Part shown: positions 36,096-43,799 of the stretch, piece after piece
How positions within the stretch are numbered: the stretch's first letter is position 1
Layout of the letters: the number at the start of each line of letters is the position of its first letter
NCBI GenBank assembly: GCA_013265495.1
Contig: MU057552.1
Span: 32,852-76,650 of the forward strand
Direction of reading: 5' to 3'
From: Vicugna vicugna
Lineage: Eukaryota
Length of the DNA: 43,799 nt
The notes under the pieces: generated by a model
What the model was told of the DNA's origin: nothing
Database searches by the model: none
What the model saw: the letters and a program-made list of their open reading frames with translations, nothing else
Position numbers and translations under genes: made by a program

Positions 36096-38539
36096 ATTGT
36101 ATGCTTTTAAAGGCTCCCTCTGACTCTGTGTGGATGAGAGATTGTAGAAAAGCACAGATGGAAGAAAGAGGCTATTTGGTGTCCAGGAAGGGGCTGAAGG
36201 TGTCTTCTATGAGGGCAGGTAGCTGGGAGTAGGTGGTTAATGAAGACAGAGTAGCCAGAATTTTCTAACAAGCTGGATTTGCTTGTGTGTGTGGAAGAGA
36301 AAGAGAGAGAAAGAACATGGTTCCAACATCTGGACCTAGACAATGGGAGGGATGTCCTCTCCATCCACAGGGGATGGGACAAGGTGAGGCTGAGCAGGTG
36401 GAAAAGGGCTGGAATCAGCTCAGTTCTTCAATGTCATGGTTAAGGGGTCTATTAGATATTGCCACAGAAATGCCTAATAGGTAGAGGAGTCTGCATTTTT
36501 TTCTTTCTTTTTAACATTAAAAAATATAGTTTATATATATTAATTGTATTATGTGAATGAACTTGGAATTTTATTTCATGCCAAGGTATATGTTATATAT
36601 AGCCAAATGGAAAATATATCAGAAAAGGGGAGAAATGATGGCTTTCACATAAATTGACTGTCCATAAGGTAGGTAACATTTCAATAAAACCAGTCTTCAG
36701 TGCAAAAACCTCATCTCGGTGTTACATAAAAATAAATGAAAAAGGACTATGTTGAGGTATCATTATTTCATATTATGTAATAGCCCCAAACAAACACACT
36801 GTTTATCTATGAGGCTTGTAGAAATACTATTCACCTTATTCACATAAATACAGAAATGCAGAAAGTTTCTAAGGTAGAATAAGCATCTTAGTGGAAATAA
36901 TAGAGATCTGAGCATTTTACATGATATGTATGGACTGATTCAAAATTTGGAAAAGTAATTTACATAGTAGAGCATATGTATGAATGTGAAAGCAAGATGA
37001 ATGAAAGAAAAAGAATATGAGTATCAGGGAGAGAGTTCCAAATGGAAAGGGCAAATCAGGGAGTTTTGGACAAATCGAGAAATTGATGGCATGTCAATTT
37101 CCAAGTCTGGTTGCTTCCACCAAAGGTATAGCAGAGTGATAGAGAAGAGACCCAGGACCCAACTCCGGGGCACATTTGCAGTAAATGTTTGGAAAAAGAG
37201 AGGAGACATTGGCAAAAAGACCAGCCAGTGGGTCAAAAGCAGAGCAATGGACTGGAGGCCAAGTAAAGCGGGAACACAGGGGAGGAGGGATGGAAGAGCT
37301 GGGTCAAATGCTGCCAAAGGGCCACGCATGATGAAGACTAAAAACTGACCACTCTATTTAGCAACGTGGGGTCACTGATGGCCTTGACAGAGCAGTTTCC
37401 ATAGAGCGAGGGATCTGGGGAAAAGCCAGAGTGGGTGTACAACGGGATGGCTCAAGAGAATATGCAGACAGTGAGTTTAAACTACTCCTTAAAGATTTGC
37501 TGCAAAGACACAGGGTGGCAATTGGTTGGGATGAATTATGGTCAAGGAGTGCTGTTTGTTTCTTTTAAGAGGATGGACGTTTATATACTGATAGGAGCCA
37601 ACTAGCAGGAGAATAAAATAGATGAAGTAGTGAGAGAGGATGGTTTTGGGAGTGACAACCCAGAGAAGATGGGAGGGATGGGGCCCCAGGGACTTTTGGA
37701 GGAACTGACTTTCGATGTCACCTGTAATAAGAGGTGGGGCAGCGAGAGGGAGTTCACAGACATCAGAAGACAAGCAGATGTGCTGGGAGTTGCTGGTGAA
37801 ATTTCTCTTCTCTTGGCTTGTTTGCTTGTTCAAAGTAGAAAAGTAAACTTACCAGCTGAGGAATGAGGAGGAAGAAAGAGTTATTGGAGCCATGAGCAGA
37901 AGATAAGAAAGAGCCTTCCAGGGAGAATGGGACAGTGAAAAGAGCAGAGGGAGACAGGGGAGTGTGCTCCCAGAAAGTTACATTTTATCTTTGACGTCCC
38001 CAAATGTGTGATGTGTGATTACCCTTCCTGCTGTCTATGAAATAAAAACTAAGTACGGTTCAGAGGAAATGCTATTTCATTCAAACGGGCTGCCTGTTTT
38101 TCAGGAATTGTCATCTTAAACTGAAAATATTACAAAAAATATTGAAAAGATGAACTTGTATATCTTAAATCCCCTATTTTCTATTAATCTGGTTACTATT
38201 TAGTTCCCCTATGAATAACACATAACCAATACTGCCAGGATGGAGGTACATCGATGGTTAAAAGGAAATGAGATCTGTATCCTTTTCCTAAATTCCATGG
38301 CTTCCTTAATATCCAGTTCCCCTTGGAGTTTAGGAATGTCTGGTATAAGAAGTGAGAAATAGTTTGAGAAAATCCTGGCTCAGAATTACACAGCACAACC
38401 GCATCTCAGAAGTATATACAGCAGTAAAAAATTTTAGAAGCAAAACTCCGTAACTACTCTTAAAGACTTTTGCAAACCTAGGCCGGCCCAGATGTTTCCA
38501 AACTGGAAAGGAACTCCAATCACTTGCCTGGTACCAGGA

Positions 38540-38610
38540 CCAGAGGCTGGCCAATCTTTTCTGTAAAAGCGAGAGAGTAGATATTTTCAGTTTTGCAGAT
38601 CATTTTGTTG
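38540..38610 (+). mobile_element. MER58-like fragment
   Basis: cagaggctggccaatcttttctgtaaaagcgagagagtagatattttcagttttgcagatcat, homologous to 22587 onward. Confidence 0.55.
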
Positions 38611-39044
38611 TAACCATGCAGGTCTGCAATAAGAAAGCTAAGAGCACTGGGAGACAGGAAACAAATGGGCATGCCCACACCCTCCTTTCCACTCAGGGCA
38701 GCTTCTCTGTGGTGGGGAGCTTTGCCACAATCACTTGCTTCTTTGTTTCCATTGGTTTCTTTGTTTCCACCTTACTGCTTAAACTCAGAACTTCAGGTGG
38801 GCCTGGTCCTTCAGCATCCATGCAGAGAGAAGGCTGAGCGGGGGCGGGGACCCCACGTGATGGAGAAGAGAGATTGCTGGGAGGGACACTGCGGTGGCCA
38901 TCATGACACGAGAGAATCACACCTTCTGGGGTGAAAGGGAATGAAGACAATGGAGGGACACAGCAGTGGGAGCCCTAGGTCACCTGCTGGGTTTGCTCTC
39001 CCTCCACGGCCACCCTGAGGACCTGGAGGGTGTTGGGCATCAGC

Positions 39045-39460
39045 TATAGTGATTAGGCTGAAGAAACTCAATATAAAGGACCCTCCATTTCCTCACTAGG
39101 TTTGAAGCGCAGCCCCTCTAAGTCCACCATCTGAGTCTCTGGAACTCAGCTGGAAGAATACATGATCAGGTCAATGCCCAGAGCCCAAGCCAAACACGAC
39201 AGGGGTCATGTGGGGTTGTAACCCCGTGCTCAGTGGTTGGGGACTCCTTGCAAATCTGCAGAAATCCCTGTTCTGCCTCATTCCTGGGAGAAACCCCAGA
39301 GCTCCTCCTGCTCTGTCTGTTCTCTTGAGGCTGCTATTGTCCTGGAGGGATGCGGAAGCCCTCCAAACGTACGTAAGCAGCCTGTTCAATAAAACAAATT
39401 ATGCACTTTTTCACATTTGCCAGTTTTTTGATTCCAGAAAGGCTGCGGGACTCATTCTCA
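39045..39460 (+). mobile_element. Possible old solo LTR (ERVL-like)
   Basis: Core gtacgtaagcagcctgttcaataaaac resembles an LTR R-region polyA context. Boundaries uncertain. Confidence 0.35.
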
Positions 39461-41749
39461 CTGTCTCCTGTGCCCCCACCACTTGGTGGCCCTCTGCTCA
39501 TGGAAACACGATTTCCCACAACTGCACCCTGCCTCCCAGCTGGTCAGAGGGGAGTGTCCCACAAAGACACAGGTGTTTGTGAGGATCCTGTCCCCCAGCA
39601 GAAAGCCTGCTCCTGGGGCCACGGACAGGGATCTGGCCTCCTGAGCAGCTCAGCTCTTATTCAAAGCCTAAAGTGGGGACCCCGAACATTGCTGAATGAC
39701 TTTCTGAGTCACCTGGGCTGGAGGGGCCTGATTTTTCTTTCCAGCTTTCATTTTCAGGGCTGACATTGACGATGGATCTAGTTCCCCAAACTGCACCGCA
39801 GGAAGGAGAGGCCCTTCCACCCCACAGCTTGGAAACCCAGCCCAGGGGAGTTCTGAAGCAGTGCATCGCTGCCAGGTCCAGCATCCCTACAGAGTGGCCT
39901 CTGCCCTTGAATGAGCCCCTTCCCTGGGCCTTCTCTGCCCTGATACGACCACACCTGAGGCTGTGCCAGAGCTCCGGGTCTCTGCGTGTCCAGGGCACAC
40001 AGGTGGGACCTGAGCCAGGTGTCCCCTCGGCCTCAAGGGGGAGAGGTCTGCTTCTGCATCAGGGGAAGGTGACCCCACATGGCTGGCAGGACACTCTCAC
40101 TACGGACCTCCAGGAGCCGTGGGAGCAGTTTCCCTGCAGGTGTTAGGAGCCATCATCAGAAGGACAGGCCCCTCTTTGGGCAGACCATCCCACTGTGCTG
40201 GGCCCAAGTGCTGACTACAGAAATCTACATGCCCCTAGGAAACCCCAGGTAGCCTCACAACTTGGTCACTTGGTGGCCTGGGTACCATGGGCTCATTTGC
40301 CATCCCATGAGGGTGGTCCTGGCAGGCATGGTCCCCAGATGCTCCCATTAAGAAATCCCCCTGGGTTTCTGTGGTCACAGAGCCCACACCAGAAGATTCT
40401 TGTCCTGCAGTGACCCCCACAGCAGTCAGCTCCCCTGTGCATGTCCAGGGACAAATGACAGAAATTTATTGCCAGGAACCATGATGAACAAGGGGGTGGG
40501 ATTCCATACTAAGTTCAGGATCCTGGTAACTCTGCACCCCAAAAAGCATCCATTAGAAATGTGTGTATTGGGATATCTGGGCCCCTAGAAGAGCTGTTCC
40601 TGAGGGCTCTTGGGACCCTCCAGCCCCTCTCAAGGTTCTCAGAGCCTGGGTCTAAATTTCTATCTCCCTCCTGTGTCTCATGGACACGGGTCACTTTATT
40701 GCATGACTTGGCATGTTCTTAGTGCTTGTCCTCCACCCCTGCACTGGACTCCCAAGATGTTCCCACTGACCCTTGGCTCCCTGTGTGGGTCAGGGTGCCC
40801 TAAGGCTGCCCCCTTCACTCTCCTCCTCTGCCCCCACCCCTGGGGCCACCCCTAGGTGGACTGGGAGGTGTTTGTAAATGAGTCTCACACGAGGACATGA
40901 CTGAACAAAGCTGGGCCCCACCTCCAGAAAGCACACCTGCTCCCTTCTCTGAAGAGGACCCCACAGCCCCACACTGCCTCCCAGGGGTCTACTCAGGACA
41001 CAGTCCCCCAGTTCTGGGCAAGGCATCTCCCTGGAATCCTTGCTTCCAGAAGGGTCTTTGTGTCCTTCTTCAGAGTTTAGAGTTGTTCCCATGTCCCTGA
41101 CCATGAGGGTGCCCAGCATGGACACTTCAGTGACCTGGAGAGACAAGGAAGATATGTGGCCACAGGTCTCACAGGACACACCTGCTGGGACCCCAGGCCA
41201 AAGGGCCGTCCTCCTCCCTTCTCAGGGGTGGATCCCATGGTAACTTTTTGCAGGGGGCCCGAACGGGGAGTGGGGCCCAAAGCAGATCATGGGGCTCTCT
41301 GGGCAGGGAAGACTTGGGTCAGGTGGCCTTGCCTGGTTTCCGTGCTGGGCCGCTCTAAAAACCCCCATTCCTCTGGCTGTGGCTGGAGGCCCCCCAAACC
41401 TCAGGGCGGGGCCCTTTCTCTCGGCCTCCCCGCCTCCAAAGTCACGCTGGCGCTGGCGTGGGGAAAGAGCTTTCTTGCCCTCTCGTGGCTAAATTGCCAC
41501 AGGTGGATGCTGTGGAGAGCTGGAGAGAGAGGTAGCCCTTGCTTAGATGTGAGTGGTTAGGCAATGTGACACCTTGTTAACTAGCCTTAAACATTGGAAA
41601 AATGACTTTCCCGGGAAAGCTGGAAGTTACTTTCAGTAATTTGTCTAAAGATTTCTTTTTTTTTTCCCTTAAAGACTCATAAAACTTCTCCCAGGTCAGT
41701 CCTGGTAAGGACCATTATCCAGGGATCAATCAGGAAATGCAGGAGGAGA

Positions 41750-41777
41750 GGGGTGGGGGTGGGGGAGAGGGGAGGGG
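41750..41777 (+). other. Potential G-quadruplex
   Basis: GGGG-T-GGGGG-T-GGGGG-AGA-GGGG-A-GGGG: five tracts with loops of 1-3 nt. Confidence 0.7.
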
Positions 41778-42085
41778 ACATCAGAGCCCAAGGAGAGGAG
41801 ATACCCCTACCAGGGGCCACACGCTGGGCAGTCGCTGTTGGCATCCCGCTCTCCTGTTCTCAGGCCCATTTCATCTGTGGGGTGTTTCCAAACGAAACAA
41901 TGGTGGAAGGGCCATGGAGGACACCTAGACCTCCCAGAATGGACAGAGGGAGCAGAGTCACCATGCTGGCCCTGGGCTTGGAGCCAGACCTGCAGTGGAG
42001 ACCACAGGTCTTCTGAGAAGCCAGTTTCGAAATAAAGGCAGTATGTGCTGGAATACCCAGTTCGAGCGAGTGCTTCATCATAGAC

Positions 42086-42380
42086 ATGTAATTTACATAG
42101 TTCTTCTCACCACGAAACTCTGTGTTCCCAACACGCTACATGAATGACGGCTTCAACACACATTCATTTCNNNNNNNNNNNNNNNNNNNNNNNNNNNNNN
42201 NNNNNNNNNNNNNNNNNNNNNNNNNNNNNNNNNNNNNNNNNNNNNNNNNNNNNNNNNNNNNNNNNNNNNNNNNNNNNNNNNNNNNNNNNNNNNNTACACA
42301 TGTACATATGTAAGTTATATAGTTCCCCTCACCATGAAACGCTGTTCCCAACACGCTACATGCATGAAGGCTTCGACAGT
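42086..42380 (+). repeat. Minisatellite-like direct repeat spanning an assembly gap (N 42171-42294)
   Basis: atgtaatttacatagttcttctcaccacgaaactctgtgttcccaacacgctacatgaatgacggcttcaaca vs atgtaagttatatagttcccctcaccatgaaacgctgttcccaacacgctacatgcatgaaggcttcgaca. Confidence 0.85.
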
Positions 42381-43259
42381 TCTAAGATGTTAGCATGTGG
42401 AGAGCCGCTCTTTCATTTAGCATAAAAGGCAAGGTTACACCCAGGAAGACTTACCCAGATTTCTCAGCTGGTTCCTTCACCCAGATTCAAAAGAAAGGCA
42501 GTTTGTATAGGAAAAGCCTGTTGGAGCGTGTTCAGAGCTGTTTTGGGCTCTGTCCCAGCTGAAGAGTGCAAACCCCAACCTCCAGAAAGAGGGGCCAGGT
42601 CCCCCACCCGCCAAGTGGTTTTGCCTTTGTTGGGGAACAGTGATCTTTGGTTGTGAGATGTTTTGTGGCTCTCTCTAAAAACTGCTTTGACTTTAAGTTT
42701 GCATCCTAGTCACCAGTTCCAGGGCAACAGAAAAAGCATACCCTACATCCCTTTGCACTCAAATCTTCCCAAAAGAGCAAATATTTGCCCATGAAAATAC
42801 CACCTGCTCTTCTAAGACCCCCTAAATACCCAGCAGTGTGGGCGGTGCACTCTTGATCAGGGACAGGAGGAGAGGGACCAGCGGTCCTCCGGCAGGCTTG
42901 GTCTGGTGTGGCAGCTGCACTGTGGGTGCGTGGTGGGGAGGGCCATGCAGGGAATCCTGTTTGAGGGGCCTCTGTGCACGCCTGCATTATGGTCTGAGGT
43001 TTCATACAAAGGCTTCAGGTGTCCTAACTGATCAGATACAGCCCCCACCCTCGGGCTGGAGCCACCAGGAGCTCAGTACCTGTAACAGGGACAGTACCTG
43101 GTGTGGACAGAGGTCATGGGACTCCGGGTGCAGGGGCGGTGGTGCTGGGGTAGGCAGGGGATGCAGTGAAAGGTGGAGGGAGCAGGGTCCCTTGCTCGGG
43201 GGTGAGAGTTCTTGGGGAAACCACAGAGCATGGCACACACCATCCCCAACCCATACCCC

Positions 43260-43799
43260 AAATTCCTAGCCCCGCCAACACAGGGGCCGCTCTGCGCCCT
43301 CTCACCGTGGCTCTCCTGTGAGACCGCACCCAACCCGGCATCTGGCACCCCTGACCTACCTCCCCTCTTGGGACAGACCTTGTCTTCTTGGAAACTGCCC
43401 AGCAGCGCGAATTCAAGGCCGGCAGCGGGCCTGGCGGATCTGCACTTCATGTGCCCTACCTGGACAGCCGTGCGTGCCTGGGCTCAGTCCTCTATCTTGT
43501 CCACCGGCAGCCTGGGTCCACGTCCGGTGCAAGCGAAGGCCGCAGAGCCCAGGCTGAGCCCCGCACACGGACAGGTGGGGGTGCCGCTGCCCCGCTGCCC
43601 CGCTGCCCCGCCCACTGGTGGCAGGACCGCCCCAGCCTCCGGCCGGCGCCACCTGCAGCTGACATCCGCGCGAACCGGCAGCCCCACGTCCGGTGCAAGC
43701 GAAGGCCGCAGAGCCCAGGCTGAGCCCCGCACACGGACAGGTGGGGGTGCCGCTGCCCCGCTGCCCCGCTGCCCCGCCCACTGGTGGCAGGACAGGACC
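43260..43799. promoter_or_regulatory. CpG-rich region (edge of a probable CpG island)
   Basis: Very GC-rich with dense CpG (cgcgaattc, ccgcgcgaaccgg) and GC boxes (ccccgccc). Runs off the window end. Confidence 0.6.
43503..43793 (+). repeat. GC-rich direct repeat, period 166 bp (110 bp identical), with an inner 8-bp x3 repeat
   Basis: 43518-43627 is identical to 43684-43793. Both are preceded by accggcagcc, and each contains (cgctgccc)3. Confidence 0.95.

Larger units (their letters stand above)
34650..37900 (-). mobile_element. L2 LINE fragments (host of the duplication and a SINE)
   Basis: cattcattcagcaaat, tccctctgactctgtgtgga, gggtcaaatgctgccaa and tttagcaacgtggggtcactgatggccttgacagagcagtttc are antisense L2 hallmarks. 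Interrupted by AT-rich DNA at ~36500-37100. Confidence 0.65.

Noticed and set aside
30347..43781. Numerous 60-166 aa ORFs in the GC-rich half
   Set aside because: They overlap in all frames, are Pro/Gly/Ser/Arg-rich as expected from stop-poor GC-rich DNA, and show no recognisable homology.
42086..43793. Direct repeats as a CRISPR-like array
   Set aside because: Only two long units each, no repeat-spacer periodicity, no cas genes, and a mammalian context.

Overview
This is mammalian nuclear genomic DNA from a draft assembly with two N gaps. It is most likely camelid, inferred from three tRNA-derived Vic-1-type SINEs and the L1 3' tails. No intact cellular protein-coding gene, RNA gene or CRISPR array can be supported; every recognisable coding signal is a decayed transposon ORF. 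From left to right the window holds: a full-length but dead L1 (~1.0-8.3 kb); a SINE inside a MER33-like element; a doubly truncated L1; an AT-rich tract with a strong CTCF motif at ~17.4 kb; a composite two-tailed L1 under a single TSD; a ~5 kb nest (a Charlie/hAT transposase fossil interrupted by Tigger1, a purine microsatellite, a SINE and an ERV LTR that keeps a PBS-like stub); a shift to GC-richer DNA at ~30.5 kb; a near-perfect 486-bp tandem duplication; a gap-spanning minisatellite; and a terminal CpG-rich tandem repeat with ZFP57-, CTCF- and Sp1-like motifs. I found no convincing novel gene system. The best leads are mechanistic traces in the repeats and a few candidate regulatory or splicing structures. 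Repeat family names come from recalled consensus sequences, not database searches, and boundaries of old repeats are approximate.
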